Virus record (IMG/VR): IMGVR_UViG_3300029850_000274
Location: 12,794 to 76,793 of that record
From: a virus
Lineage: Duplodnaviria; Heunggongvirae; Uroviricota; Caudoviricetes
Length of the DNA: 64,000 nucleotides
Strand: one strand, 5' to 3'
Made by a program: the position numbers and the translations under genes. The notes beneath the pieces were generated by a model. It ran no database searches and was not told the DNA's origin. It saw only the letters and a program-made list of their open reading frames with translations. Positions 9,905-20,854 of this stretch are shown here, one piece after another (the first letter of the stretch is position 1; every line of letters starts with the position of its first letter).

Positions 9905-12900
9905 TTAAACTGGACGTTTGCGACCAACGATTTTAGCCATGTCACGAGTAACTTTTTGAGAAGTATATTTATAAGATTCATTAACGATTCTTTGAAGTTC
10001 TTCGTCAGATACTCCAGAAGGAACATTAATTGCACCAATAGCTTCGCCAAAATTGACATTGATTTCCGTTGTTCCAATTCCATCCATAGTCATTCCGTTC
10101 AGCATATGTCCATTTGCTAAGGCATTTAATACCTTGTCTTGTCTTACTTTATTTGCTAGATTAACAACATCGACAGTAGCAACTTCCTCACCTACTGCGA
10201 GAGAAGCAAGACCATCATCTCCGTTCTTATGTACAGATTTGACTAATCCACCTTTGGCATAACCTGTGACTTTGCTATCTGTTAGTCCAAGATCACTTGG
10301 TTTAACACCATAATGACCTAAGATAGTAGTAATCGTACTATCAATTTTTGCACCCTCTGAACTGATTGTTCCAGATAAAGAAGTAAACGTCTCTTCAATC
10401 TTATCGACAGAAGAAGATAACTCTTTACAGTATTTCTCATAATCATCATTCAGCTGTGTGCTTAATTTATCAAGTCCGTCAATCTGAAGATTATAAATAT
10501 GATCTTTTACCGTATCATCACGAGCATCTTTCTTTTCTTGAATTTCTGCATCCAAACGTGCTTTTTGAGCCTTAGCTTCTGCCGTATTGACTCCTTCCAA
10601 GGCTTTCCGCTTGCTTTCAAGAATTTGAATTTCTTTGTTTGAAGATTTTAACTGCTTGTCATATTCATAGTAGGATTTCTCTGTGGATAGGCTAGTTTTA
10701 TAAGCATCTATAGTTTTGTTAATCGCATCTAATTTCTGCTTTGCGTTATTTTTCAGAATAGTTGTTACACTATCTTCGGCAGACTTAATACTCTTAACTG
10801 CATCCGCAATATCTTGATCGCTCTTTTGAATTGCGTCAGCCCATTCTGTGTCAGAATATTCATCACGATGCTCAGCCATTTTGGCACGTTCTTGCATTAA
10901 TTGATTCAATTCTTCTTTTTCAGATTTGACATTAGCAATATTTGTTGCAATGGCAGCAGTACCATAATCTGTCAGATTTCCGTCATCATCAAACATCGCA
11001 TCTTCATCGATCAGAGAAGATATTGTTGTAAGTGAATTTTGTAAATTCTGAGCCGCTTTAATAGCACGTTCAAAACCACGATAATAAATATCGTCACGCA
11101 TACTATTTTTAAGTTCTTCGTTAGAAGTTCTTAAGTCATCTGCGCTACCTTTACAAGCGTTGATTTCGTTTTGCATTTGCATCCATTCTTGAGAACCATA
11201 TTTAATAGAACCATCGTTCAATTTGTTATTCAGGTTCTCTTGCATTTTTGCAGCTTCTTCATCAATGATCTGTGCTTGTCTCTCATTGGCATCAATCTGA
11301 TTCTGGTAGTCAGAACTATCAAGGTCTTGACCTTTTGATTGTTTCAACTTTGCGGCAGAAGAAGCATTGCTACTATTTGTAGCTTCCATATTTGCTTTCG
11401 CATCATAATACGCTTTAATATTAGCCTGAGATTGTACGGCAGCATTTGTCTGTTCAGCAGCCCAATCCGCAGCAGCATCATTCGCATTTTTATTTGCAGT
11501 TGCTAAAGCATTTGTAGCATCCGCTTCATTTTGTTTAGCCTGTGCTAATTTATTAGAAGCGTCTTTTGCTTTTTTGACTTGTGCATTATATGCTTTGAGC
11601 TGTTTTAATAAAGTCTTATCTTTAATTCCTTTTAAAGAAACCTCTTTTCCAGACTTAATTGCGTTTTTCTGAGAGTTAGATAATTTCTTAGCCCGTTTGG
11701 TCTTCAGAATACTACTACCCTTGGTCTTAACTGCACTATCAGCTTTATTCTTATTAGCTTGTGCATTTTCACGTTCTTTCTGATATTTAGCTTGGTTCTT
11801 ACTAGCTTCTCTTACAGCAGTCTGACTATTTTCGTACTGTTTCTTCTTATTTTTGACTTGATTGTCCAACACGTCATTCTGGTATGCGTAAGCAGGCTGA
11901 CCTGCATAATTGCTGGCGATTGCTTGTTCTTTAGTAACATTATCTAAATATACCTGTGCATCGTATAATGCACTATTGGCACTAGACAGATTTGCACTTG
12001 TCTTGGCAGCAGAAGATTTTGCAGATTTCGTACTCTTAACGGCTTTATTGTAAGCAGTAACTTTTTTCTTCGCAGACCCTTTGAGACCCTTAGTAGAAAT
12101 TGTCTTACCTGCTTTAATGCTTTTGTTAAGAGACGCTTTCTTTTTCTTAGATAATCCAGACTTATTGACCGCTTTTGTAGCAGATTTCGCCTTGGATTTC
12201 TGACTCTTTGTCGCTTTTGAAACCTTCTTTTGTGCTGTTTTATTAGCAGAAGAGGCACGACTCTGAGTAGATTTTGCAGAAGAAACATTAGATTGCGCTT
12301 CGGATAACTGATCGTTTGACGTTTGAACTAATCGTGCAACACCAGACTCTCCCGTAGATGCAGCAGAAGAACGATTAGATAATGTATCATAGGAGTTTTG
12401 TAGGTTTTCAATTGCTTTCTGTGCCTTTTCAGTAGGCATATTCAACCATTGATTGAATAAATCACGCTGAGTGTTCTTTAACTGTTGAGCAGCAGAATTA
12501 GCTTGAAGGTACTTCTCATATAAATTCTGATAGGACTCCACAGCAGAACGCATGTTATCATTCTTGATAGTATTGATATTCATACTACCGTTACGCACAC
12601 GTTCAAAGTATGTCCGTAATCGTTTCTGATTCTTCTTCTTAGAACTGTTCTTTGTCTTAGGAACTGTCTTAATTGCCTTACTTGCAAATGAACTTGCCTC
12701 AGATTTATATTTCTTAGCTGCTTGCTGATTTACAGAAATTTCTTTGCCAGTTGATTTATATTGATTCCAAAGTGCGCTTTGCTTAACCTCTGGTTTTACA
12801 TAATCATTGATCATATTAGCAAATTTTTCTGTAGCAGTTGCAGCTCGATCAATAGCGATTGCAATAAAGTCAAATTGTTTACCCATGTTGTCAAGCAATA

Positions 12901-15900
12901 TGGCAAATTTTGACTTTTTCTTTGTACTCTTATCTGTAGCTTTGCTGTCTTTCTTTTTAGAATCTGTGTTCTTTTTCGTTGCTTCCGTATTCTTTTTAGT
13001 GGATTCTGTATGCTTTTTGGTAGAGGAAGAACCAGATTTCTCAGCGATACCACCACGCCATCCACCAGAAGCTGTCGCAGACTGACCAGAAGAAAGAGCA
13101 GTACCATGTGCAAATGCTGACATGCCACCTTTAATAGAAGCACGACTATTTGTAGACCCTTTTGAAAGTAAATCTGCTGTCTGCTGATGATTAAAAACTA
13201 TATCTCCCCTACGTATATCAGTGAACTCCGCCCCATTATCTCCCGTAGTAAACCATTTATTACCACGGACGACTAATTCTGGCGCAACTTCCCCTGTTAA
13301 AGATAATCCAGAGAATTTAGCACCTAATGTTCCACTCGCTAATGCACGTCTATTATTTGTAATTCTTGGTATAGTACCATGAGCAAAAGCAGCAGTACCG
13401 TGGGCAACGCCACCACCTTTAGCAGGTTTGCCACTTTGGCTATAATTTACAGATACATTAACAGATTTATCATGTAAGCCATTGATCGCTGATTTTGCAG
13501 CTTCAACATCATGTAATCCACTTGTATTGATGGTAACTTTTGGAGTCGGATGCATCTTACCTAATGCATTCAACTTTCCTTTAATGCTACTGATTTTATG
13601 TGAAGCATTGTCTTTTACTTTGACGGTAATGTTCTTGTTTTTCAGTTTCTTTAAAGCACTAGCAATCTTCTTAATGACAGAAGAGGCGTTGCCTTTTGCT
13701 TTAATAGAAACGCTCTTAGATTTTAATTTCTTAAGAGATTTAGAAATAGAAGAAATTGTTTTCTTTGCATTTCCTTTAGCCTTAATAGAAATGCTTTTGG
13801 ATTTCATGCTAGATAAAGATTTTTTGATAGAGTCAATGGTCTTTTTAGCATTACCTTTAGCATTTACTTTAACATCTGACTTAGATGACTGCTTTTTACT
13901 AGCATTTTGACTAGCAGAAGCAGAAGACTTTGAACCACCAAATAATCCTTTTATGCCACCTGTAATGCTTGACCAAATGCCTTTTGCACCAGATGTAAAC
14001 TTGTCATATTTAGTGTTATCAGTCTGCCAATTCTGTGCTCCAGACTTAACCTGTGGTTTCTGATATGTAGTAGAATTCTGTTTTGTTTGAGCACTCTTAA
14101 ATACTCCATTTAAATTAGAAGGAATACTTTTAACAAAGTTAGTTAGAGATTGAACTTTCTTTGTCTGTTCGCCAGTATTTTCTTCAGATTTTTTCGTCGT
14201 ATTATTTTTGAACTCTTTTGTCTGGCGCTCTTTGAAGAAACTATTGATCTTGTCTAAAATGGAAGGAGATTTATTCTCTTTACCAGAAGTTTCTGTCTTG
14301 GTCTCTGTTTTAGGCTTCTCATTCTTAGAAGAAGTGCTGTCTTTCGATCCAGATTCAGACTTTTTACCCTTGGTATCAGACTCATTTTTCTTAGGTTTAG
14401 TATCTGGTAATTTACCGTCAGCCCAAGTAACCTTAATCTCATTGCCTTTATGTGCTTTGTTATAAGCGTCAATGATGGTTTTAACATCTTGGTTATCTTT
14501 ACTTGCAGTAACATTTCCGCTCTTATCGACTGTTGCGCCATTACGTTTTAACTCTTTTTGGACATCGTTCTTGTCTTTAAACTTCGTTTTAACGTAATAT
14601 TTATTGTCTGTTGCACCAGCAGTAATAAGATCCTGACGGGCTTGAACGGCTTTAAGATATGCTTCCATATCTTTCTTCGAACCAGTTTTATCTGCTTGCT
14701 GTAATGCGGCTTGAACTGCATTTTCTTTTTTCTCATACTCAGCTTCGTATTTTTGATTTAGTTCACGACCATTTTGACCTAACACAGAATCTTGAGCTTT
14801 TGTTGCCTTGTCTGTAGCAGAAGATCCTTCATCGAAAATTTTACTACGTTCTTTCTTTGCATCTTTGGATGTACCCCAGCTATCACCTCTGTCTTTGAGT
14901 TTTTGTTTATACTCATCAACAGAGTTCGTTAAAGCCGTTTCTGCTTCAGATGCATTAAGTTTTATGGTAAGTGTTTGCTCGAATCCTTCTGGTAGTTCTT
15001 TTTCATTTCTGCGCAAATCTTCAAGTTGTTGTTTGTATTTTTCGATTTCCTTACCTTGAGAATCTCCTAATGATCCACCATTTTTCTGCCAAGCCTGTGA
15101 CCATTCATTCAGTTTTTCACTAGCACTATCCCATTGCTCTGTAAGAGAATCAAACTGCACATCCCAACCGTATGTTTTAAGATTATTCAAGATGGATTCA
15201 AATGGAGTGATACCCATTCCCATCTTTTTAGCCGCCTTACCAACATTGTCAATTTTAACTTTATAATCGCCAGTTTTTGCATTGAGTTTAGCCATAGCTT
15301 CACCAGAAGCATTTGTCATGTTCTGTAACTGACTTACAAACGCTTTAGGACCTGAATCGTCAGAAGTAAAATACTTCATGATATGATCATAGTTTTCTTT
15401 GAAATTCTTATCATCCGTCTTTCCAGTAGGAGAGATAAGACCTGCCATTTGCTTAAATTGGTCGGTTCCAACTTTACCTTTATCCCATTCGTCTTTGGCG
15501 CTCTTTAATCCAGACACAAAAGTATTGTAATTTGCATCATCGTCAGCAGATTTTGTAGCTTGAGTATACGTGTCAAGAGTATAAGATAATCCACTATCTT
15601 TGTATTTCGCAACATTATCAAGACGCTGTTTTAGCTGTTCAAGAGAACCTGTAAAGATTTCATTCTTATCGGTAATTAAGTCATAGGCTTCAGACAACTG
15701 ATCGAGGCTAAGGTTTTCAAAATATCCTTTACCGAATATTTTGTCAAAGTCAACAGAAGAATTAAGCTGTTTACCTAATTTCTCATATTTACCGCCTTGT
15801 TCGGTCATATAATCTTTAATCTTTCGTAAAGATTCTGCTTCTTTATCATAGCCCTTTTCATTATTTTCATGAAAACTTTCGGTCTTTTTATTGGCTTCAT

Positions 15901-18298
15901 CTACGGAGTCAGCAACACCTTCAATGACGTTTTTAACTTTCTGTCCACCAATTTCCAATCCTTTGGAATCAAGTTTTAACAACTCATCTTTGCTTGTAGC
16001 TTTAGAAGTAATTTTGGAAATATACTCCTGCATCGTTTTATCATCAAGCTTTTTACCAGTGCTTGACAATACAGGTGTGTACATAATTTCCTTTCCTTCA
16101 AACATACTACCGTCAGCACCAGCCATAGAAGAAGAGATTAATGTACTATAAGATTTCTTTTTATCATTATTTAACAATACAGGTCTTCCATTGAGGTCTA
16201 CATTACCGACTTTGGATGAACCTTTGGATAATCTGTCATTTCTGGCAGACTGATATTGAGAAATTAATTTCGTAAATTCTTTCTGATCTTGAAGATTAGC
16301 TACCGTCTTTTGGTCTTTAGTTTTCTGACCTTTAAACTCATCGTTAAGAGTCTTGATCATTTTTTGAACATTTTGTCCGTTAGATGTTAATACATCGCTT
16401 CCAGACATAGACACGCCAAGCATACCAGACAACTCTTTAGTAGAAGCTCCTGTCTTTTTCTTAAGAGTCTCAAATTGTTTATTGATTTGCTTTTGCCATT
16501 CACTAGCAGTTAAAGACGTATCACCTTTGATATCAGAGAATTTTTCATAAGCATCTTTTAAAGAACTATCAGTTGCCAGTTTGCTTGTAAAACTACGAAC
16601 TTTCTGTTCTTGTTCCTCAAGATATTTTGTTGCACCTTTACCAGACATCTTATCAGAACTTAGATCCATATTACTTACATAATTTTTGGCAAATTGCTGT
16701 GATGTCTTGTCTAATGTTGCAAATCCTTGAGATGCCTCAAGCGTATTTTCCAGAGTAGTAGATTTAAATTCTTTAAGTTGATCCTGAACTTCTTTCAGAT
16801 TACTCTTTGTGGCTTCAACATATTTGCTCATAGTGTTGTCTTTAACACCGAGTCCACCACTATCGAAGTTTGCGTTATTTAATAATGTAGATAACTGTTG
16901 GTCTGTTAAGTTGTCAAGATCTGCATTTTTACCAAGAATACTCTTTGCTTCTTTCTTATAAGCCTTTGTGTTCTTGATCATACTAATGAGATTAGATTTG
17001 TTAGAATTTAATCCATCACTTTGAATGGATTTCTTGCTTGCAAAGATACTATGCAATGCGCCTGCGTCCTTTGTGCCGAGTAAACCAGTACCAATACCAT
17101 TCGCTATTGATTGTAAACCAAATCCTAACCCTGCACCAGCGGCAGTACCAATACCAGGTGCGATAAGTGTACCAATTGCAGCTCCAATCGCAGCTCCACC
17201 TATACCGTATACAGATTTACCACCAGTCAGCAGTCGTCCGACGTTACCTGTTAGACTTCTGTCACCAACTTGATAACCTTCAGTGGTTTTATTCATATTT
17301 AAAGCAGCGGCTTTGTTCTGGATGGCTAAATTCTTCTTACTAGCGATCGCCTGTTTATTTTTCTGGATTTGACGTTCATATTTCTTAATAGATTTGTCAA
17401 TTGCAGAATTATTATCAATGATAGCATTTCCTTCACTATCCATTGATTTAACAAGGTCTTTGTTAGTCTTAACAAGCTGTTTCTTTAATTCAAGATAACG
17501 ACTATAGTCAGATGTAGAAAGACCTACGTTTTGATTTGTAGTATTATCGACACCTTTGGCGAGTCTGTTGAACTCTGCCTTGATGTCATTTACAGAGTCG
17601 AGTTTAGACTGACTCTTATTGATTTTCTTGTTGTATTTGTTGAGATTCTTTGTGCCTGCGTTTAATGCTCTGCTACGAATATTGTTAGCTAATGCATTGA
17701 CACCAGCGGCAGCAGCAGTACCAGCAGCAAGTAATACGGCAGGGAGATTAGCAACCATAGTTTCTTTTAATCCAGTGCCTATATTACTAAGTGATGTCTT
17801 TAATTCTCCAAGCTTGGCTTTTGTTTTTGTTATACCATTTGAGAATTTGGTATGAACTTTTTCAACCCCACCTCCAACATGCGTCTTAAACTTGCTCGCA
17901 AAACTTGTTGTTGATTTTTCTGCTTTTTCAAGATTAGCATTGTTATTAAATCGTTTCATTGCTTCAGTAGCAGAGTCAGCAGAATTATTTATTGATTCAA
18001 AAGAAGCAGAGATATCGTGTTTCCGTAATGCTTCAGATACTTCGTTTCCTTTATTTTCAAAGGATGATTCTGGCTGATTAACAGCCAAAGTCATTGCATC
18101 GTTAATCACTGCTGAATTTAATTTGGATTTTTGCATTTTGTCGATTTGTTCATCAATTGACAATCCATCTTTATTTTTTGCAATTTCCGTAACCAATCCG
18201 CTAAACAGATCATTTTTCATATTCCTTTGATCTGAAGATAAATTATTTAAATCCTTAATATCTTTAATGGTACTACCTATTTTTTCAAATGACAAAAG
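9905..18298 (-). CDS. Tape measure protein, exon 4 (2797 codons)
   Basis: Very long helical Lys/Ala/Ser-rich frame with AHGT and GYAKGG..GEEV motifs, upstream of Dit; ATG at 18313 has no RBS; joins exon 3 in frame after terminal G at 18299. Confidence 0.85.
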   Translation of the reverse strand, partial: LLSFEKIGSTIKDIKDLNNLSSDQRNMKNDLFSGLVTEIAKNKDGLSIDEQIDKMQKSKLNSAVINDAMTLAVNQPESSFENKGNEVSEALRKHDISASFESINNSADSATEAMKRFNNNANLEKAEKSTTSFASKFKTHVGGGVEKVHTKFSNGITKTKAKLGELKTSLSNIGTGLKETMVANLPAVLLAAGTAAAAGVNALANNIRSRALNAGTKNLNKYNKKINKSQSKLDSVNDIKAEFNRLAKGVDNTTNQNVGLSTSDYSRYLELKKQLVKTNKDLVKSMDSEGNAIIDNNSAIDKSIKKYERQIQKNKQAIASKKNLAIQNKAAALNMNKTTEGYQVGDRSLTGNVGRLLTGGKSVYGIGGAAIGAAIGTLIAPGIGTAAGAGLGFGLQSIANGIGTGLLGTKDAGALHSIFASKKSIQSDGLNSNKSNLISMIKNTKAYKKEAKSILGKNADLDNLTDQQLSTLLNNANFDSGGLGVKDNTMSKYVEATKSNLKEVQDQLKEFKSTTLENTLEASQGFATLDKTSQQFAKNYVSNMDLSSDKMSGKGATKYLEEQEQKVRSFTSKLATDSSLKDAYEKFSDIKGDTSLTASEWQKQINKQFETLKKKTGASTKELSGMLGVSMSGSDVLTSNGQNVQKMIKTLNDEFKGQKTKDQKTVANLQDQKEFTKLISQYQSARNDRLSKGSSKVGNVDLNGRPVLLNNDKKKSYSTLISSSMAGADGSMFEGKEIMYTPVLSSTGKKLDDKTMQEYISKITSKATSKDELLKLDSKGLEIGGQKVKNVIEGVADSVDEANKKTESFHENNEKGYDKEAESLRKIKDYMTEQGGKYEKLGKQLNSSVDFDKIFGKGYFENLSLDQLSEAYDLITDKNEIFTGSLEQLKQRLDNVAKYKDSGLSYTLDTYTQATKSADDDANYNTFVSGLKSAKDEWDKGKVGTDQFKQMAGLISPTGKTDDKNFKENYDHIMKYFTSDDSGPKAFVSQLQNMTNASGEAMAKLNAKTGDYKVKIDNVGKAAKKMGMGITPFESILNNLKTYGWDVQFDSLTEQWDSASEKLNEWSQAWQKNGGSLGDSQGKEIEKYKQQLEDLRRNEKELPEGFEQTLTIKLNASEAETALTNSVDEYKQKLKDRGDSWGTSKDAKKERSKIFDEGSSATDKATKAQDSVLGQNGRELNQKYEAEYEKKENAVQAALQQADKTGSKKDMEAYLKAVQARQDLITAGATDNKYYVKTKFKDKNDVQKELKRNGATVDKSGNVTASKDNQDVKTIIDAYNKAHKGNEIKVTWADGKLPDTKPKKNESDTKGKKSESGSKDSTSSKNEKPKTETKTETSGKENKSPSILDKINSFFKERQTKEFKNNTTKKSEENTGEQTKKVQSLTNFVKSIPSNLNGVFKSAQTKQNSTTYQKPQVKSGAQNWQTDNTKYDKFTSGAKGIWSSITGGIKGLFGGSKSSASASQNASKKQSSKSDVKVNAKGNAKKTIDSIKKSLSSMKSKSISIKAKGNAKKTISSISKSLKKLKSKSVSIKAKGNASSVIKKIASALKKLKNKNITVKVKDNASHKISSIKGKLNALGKMHPTPKVTINTSGLHDVEAAKSAINGLHDKSVNVSVNYSQSGKPAKGGGVAHGTAAFAHGTIPRITNNRRALASGTLGAKFSGLSLTGEVAPELVVRGNKWFTTGDNGAEFTDIRRGDIVFNHQQTADLLSKGSTNSRASIKGGMSAFAHGTALSSGQSATASGGWRGGIAEKSGSSSTKKHTESTKKNTEATKKNTDSKKKDSKATDKSTKKKSKFAILLDNMGKQFDFIAIAIDRAATATEKFANMINDYVKPEVKQSALWNQYKSTGKEISVNQQAAKKYKSEASSFASKAIKTVPKTKNSSKKKNQKRLRTYFERVRNGSMNINTIKNDNMRSAVESYQNLYEKYLQANSAAQQLKNTQRDLFNQWLNMPTEKAQKAIENLQNSYDTLSNRSSAASTGESGVARLVQTSNDQLSEAQSNVSSAKSTQSRASSANKTAQKKVSKATKSQKSKAKSATKAVNKSGLSKKKKASLNKSIKAGKTISTKGLKGSAKKKVTAYNKAVKSTKSAKSSAAKTSANLSSANSALYDAQVYLDNVTKEQAIASNYAGQPAYAYQNDVLDNQVKNKKKQYENSQTAVREASKNQAKYQKERENAQANKNKADSAVKTKGSSILKTKRAKKLSNSQKNAIKSGKEVSLKGIKDKTLLKQLKAYNAQVKKAKDASNKLAQAKQNEADATNALATANKNANDAAADWAAEQTNAAVQSQANIKAYYDAKANMEATNSSNASSAAKLKQSKGQDLDSSDYQNQIDANERQAQIIDEEAAKMQENLNNKLNDGSIKYGSQEWMQMQNEINACKGSADDLRTSNEELKNSMRDDIYYRGFERAIKAAQNLQNSLTTISSLIDEDAMFDDDGNLTDYGTAAIATNIANVKSEKEELNQLMQERAKMAEHRDEYSDTEWADAIQKSDQDIADAVKSIKSAEDSVTTILKNNAKQKLDAINKTIDAYKTSLSTEKSYYEYDKQLKSSNKEIQILESKRKALEGVNTAEAKAQKARLDAEIQEKKDARDDTVKDHIYNLQIDGLDKLSTQLNDDYEKYCKELSSSVDKIEETFTSLSGTISSEGAKIDSTITTILGHYGVKPSDLGLTDSKVTGYAKGGLVKSVHKNGDDGLASLAVGEEVATVDVVNLANKVRQDKVLNALANGHMLNGMTMDGIGTTEINVNFGEAIGAINVPSGVSDEELQRIVNESYKYTSQKVTRDMAKIVGRKRPV

Positions 18299-18325
18299 CG
18301 TTAGGCATGGCATTTTATATATAAG

Positions 18326-18354
18326 TTGCGTTCATATATATAAAATGGTACAAT
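18326..18354 (+). promoter_or_regulatory. SigmaA-type promoter for antisense cargo genes
   Basis: TTGCGT-17 bp-TACAAT with extended TG; GGAGG RBS before ATG 18391. Confidence 0.6.
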
Positions 18355-18390
18355 TAAAAATATAAATAAGTTAATGCGGAGGTAATAAAA

Positions 18391-19212
18391 ATGTCGTTAA
18401 TTAAATGTCCCGAATGTGGACAAGATGTATCAGACAAAGCCGAAAATTGTATTCATTGCGGATATCCTATTAAACAATATCTCGAATCTAACAAAATCCA
18501 AAATTTAAAAGAAAATCAAGTATGTAATATCAATCATAATCTCGTTGATTTCTCTGACATCACACCATATCTTAAAGAATCTTGTGATACTGACATAATG
18601 ATTAAAATTCTGTTAAAACTTAGAGATATGGAACAACGAATCGGATTGCTAGATGAACTTGAGCTGACAAAATATATTATGACGCAACATGTTATTCCTA
18701 AAGAATATGCGGCAGACACTTACGATCAGTTTCTTGAAAAACTAGCAAATAAATTACAAAATAATACTCATTGTTTAATTCATAAAACAACCACATATGA
18801 CTTATCTCCTGTAAAAGAATATCTCAAAACACATAGCGGATGTAACTTTAAACTTATGGGAATGATCAAGAAAATTCCAGAGTTAACAAAAAGAGATGCT
18901 ACATATTTAATAGATTTTATTAATAAAAATCATATTATTCCAATATGTTATCCAGAAAAATATGATGATGTTGTTATAGAAGAATATGTTAAAGAGATTG
19001 ATCAATATTGGATACAAAAACATAATCCATGTCAAGCGATAGAACCTCAAATTCAGATGTTAACCAACAAACCTTCATGCCCTAACTGCGGATCAACAAA
19101 TATCAAAAAGATAACTGCTAGTTCTCGCATTGTTAGCGGCTTAGTGCTAGGAATATTGAGTTCAAACATTGGTAAAACATATCAATGTAATAAATGCAAA
19201 TATAAATGGTAG
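18391..19212 (+). CDS. Zinc-ribbon domain protein (intron cargo)
   Basis: N-terminal CPECG..CIHCG and C-terminal CPNCGS..CNKC motifs; strong RBS. Confidence 0.8.
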   Translation: MSLIKCPECGQDVSDKAENCIHCGYPIKQYLESNKIQNLKENQVCNINHNLVDFSDITPYLKESCDTDIMIKILLKLRDMEQRIGLLDELELTKYIMTQHVIPKEYAADTYDQFLEKLANKLQNNTHCLIHKTTTYDLSPVKEYLKTHSGCNFKLMGMIKKIPELTKRDATYLIDFINKNHIIPICYPEKYDDVVIEEYVKEIDQYWIQKHNPCQAIEPQIQMLTNKPSCPNCGSTNIKKITASSRIVSGLVLGILSSNIGKTYQCNKCKYKW

Positions 19213-19222
19213 GAGTACGCAA

Positions 19223-19759
19223 ATGAATTTAAACAAAGGACATGTCTTGATTGCTGTTCTATCAATTTGTTTATCATTTAGTGTTGGAACTAATATCAAA
19301 ACTAGCGAAGAACATAAAAAAATAAGGTCAAAATACGAAGATGTAAAAGGTTCTTATGATGATATTTATTCACGTTATTATGATCTTTCCAAAGAGAATG
19401 ATAAAATACAAGAAGATTTGAATCGTTCTAGTGGAGAATATAATGATCTATGGTATAAATATACGTCACTAATTGACAAATACGATAAGTTAAAAGCAAA
19501 ATATAAAAAGGTAGCAAAACCGAAAAAATCTACATCAAAGAAATCATCTAGCTCAAACAATACCAGTTCATCATCAAATAATTCGTCTTCTTCAGATTCC
19601 GATAATTCTTCATCCGCAAGTTATACAGTTTACATAACAGATTATGGACAAAAGTATCATGCGGCTGGTTGTAGATATCTTAAAAAGAGTTCGATATCAA
19701 TCTCTAAATCTGAAGCAGAACAACGTGGATACACAGCTTGTTCGCACTGCCACCCGTAG
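19223..19759 (+). CDS. Membrane-anchored/exported coiled-coil protein with C-terminal Ada-like metal-binding domain (intron cargo)
   Basis: ATG 19223 after AGGAG; hydrophobic N-terminus, coiled coil, Ser-rich linker, VYIT..GQKYH..C..GYTACSHC. Confidence 0.7.
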   Translation: MNLNKGHVLIAVLSICLSFSVGTNIKTSEEHKKIRSKYEDVKGSYDDIYSRYYDLSKENDKIQEDLNRSSGEYNDLWYKYTSLIDKYDKLKAKYKKVAKPKKSTSKKSSSSNNTSSSSNNSSSSDSDNSSSASYTVYITDYGQKYHAAGCRYLKKSSISISKSEAEQRGYTACSHCHP

Positions 19760-19820
19760 TGCAAGAAATACATATTAATGTAACAAATGTGGATATAAGT
19801 GGTAAGAAGAGAAGCATAAC

Positions 19821-19851
19821 AATAAGAGAGGACATTCGATCCTCTCTTATT
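19821..19851. terminator. Hairpin between convergent cargo genes, probable bidirectional terminator
   Basis: AATAAGAGAGGA...TCCTCTCTTATT. Confidence 0.65.
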
Positions 19852-20548
19852 AAGATGTGATCTTATCAATTGAAGTAGAAGAAATTTCATCAGAAGAATT
19901 TATATTATCCGCAAGATTGCTTAAATTATTTTCTTCTGGCTCACTATTGAATATTTCAATCATATCAACATCACTATATCGAATAACAATTTTGGCATAA
20001 GGATTTCCATCATATGAAATAAATGCATCCTCATCGTTTCCAATCTTGTATTGAGAATATGCTCTCAGAACAATCTGTTGATCATTGTTAATTCTTTCTC
20101 CAAGATAATCCATATCTCCAATAATGTAAAAATCTTTTTCTTTTAATGTAATCTTACATTTACTCCCACCTTTAAAGTCAATTACGTCATAAAAGATGTC
20201 GTCATTTAATGTCATATTAAAATATTGTTCCATAAACTCCGTAAATGATTGTTTTGTAATCAAATATAAAACCACAAATCCTAGCACGAGTGCTAAACAA
20301 ATCGACAAAATTGAATTTGCATATATTTGGTTAATACTCTGTAGTAAGCTTAATTTTACTCGAATTAGTGTTGAAATGCATAAAAGCACATAGCTAATTA
20401 CACACCCAGATACATTCAAAGCCCATGTCGATAATTTCTTTGAAAATCCAGTCTTAACTATGTAAATAAATATGATGCCAGGTACATAATATTGTAGTAA
20501 ATTTGGAATATTGTTTATAATTTCTGTTAATTCTTTAATTTTTATCAC
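19850..20548 (-). CDS. Three-TM membrane protein, DUF6338-like (intron cargo)
   Basis: YYVPGIIF first helix, three hydrophobic segments, soluble C-terminal domain; GTGA overlap with upstream peptide. Confidence 0.6.
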   Translation of the reverse strand: MIKIKELTEIINNIPNLLQYYVPGIIFIYIVKTGFSKKLSTWALNVSGCVISYVLLCISTLIRVKLSLLQSINQIYANSILSICLALVLGFVVLYLITKQSFTEFMEQYFNMTLNDDIFYDVIDFKGGSKCKITLKEKDFYIIGDMDYLGERINNDQQIVLRAYSQYKIGNDEDAFISYDGNPYAKIVIRYSDVDMIEIFNSEPEENNLSNLADNINSSDEISSTSIDKITS

Positions 20549-20700
20549 TTCCCTTGATCGTTATTTTTATTCTGTTGTTTAAATTTGTTTCCTTTTTGAA
20601 TATATTTAATAGAGGTGTTGGAAGTTCCTGTAATTACTTTACTATTAAATTCAAAAATTTTTGCTTCTTGCTGTTTCTTGTTCCCTTTGTTTTCTGCCAT
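20545..20700 (-). CDS. 51-aa basic peptide coupled to the membrane protein (not in ORF track)
   Basis: AAAGGAG RBS, MAENKGNKKQQEAKIFEFN...DQGK*, TATAAT box at 20744-20749. Confidence 0.6.
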   Translation of the reverse strand: MAENKGNKKQQEAKIFEFNSKVITGTSNTSIKYIQKGNKFKQQNKNNDQGK

Positions 20701-20783
20701 AATTATACTCTCCTTTGTATATATAAATTAATAGTTATAATTTATTATACAGCAAATTTCTAAATTAATAAAGAGTATAACAA

Positions 20784-20813
20784 AAGAGAGGTAACCGTTG
20801 AGTTATCTCTCTT
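20784..20813 (-). terminator. Intrinsic terminator-like hairpin
   Basis: AAGAGAGATAAC..GTTACCTCTCTT followed by TTGTT on minus strand. Confidence 0.55.
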
Positions 20814-20854
20814 GATTCTATTTACGCAATAAATCAGCTTATTACAACAAATTA

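Noticed and set aside
927..18077. Many short plus-strand and alternate-frame ORFs in the track
   Set aside because: Shadows of long minus-strand structural genes, without RBS support
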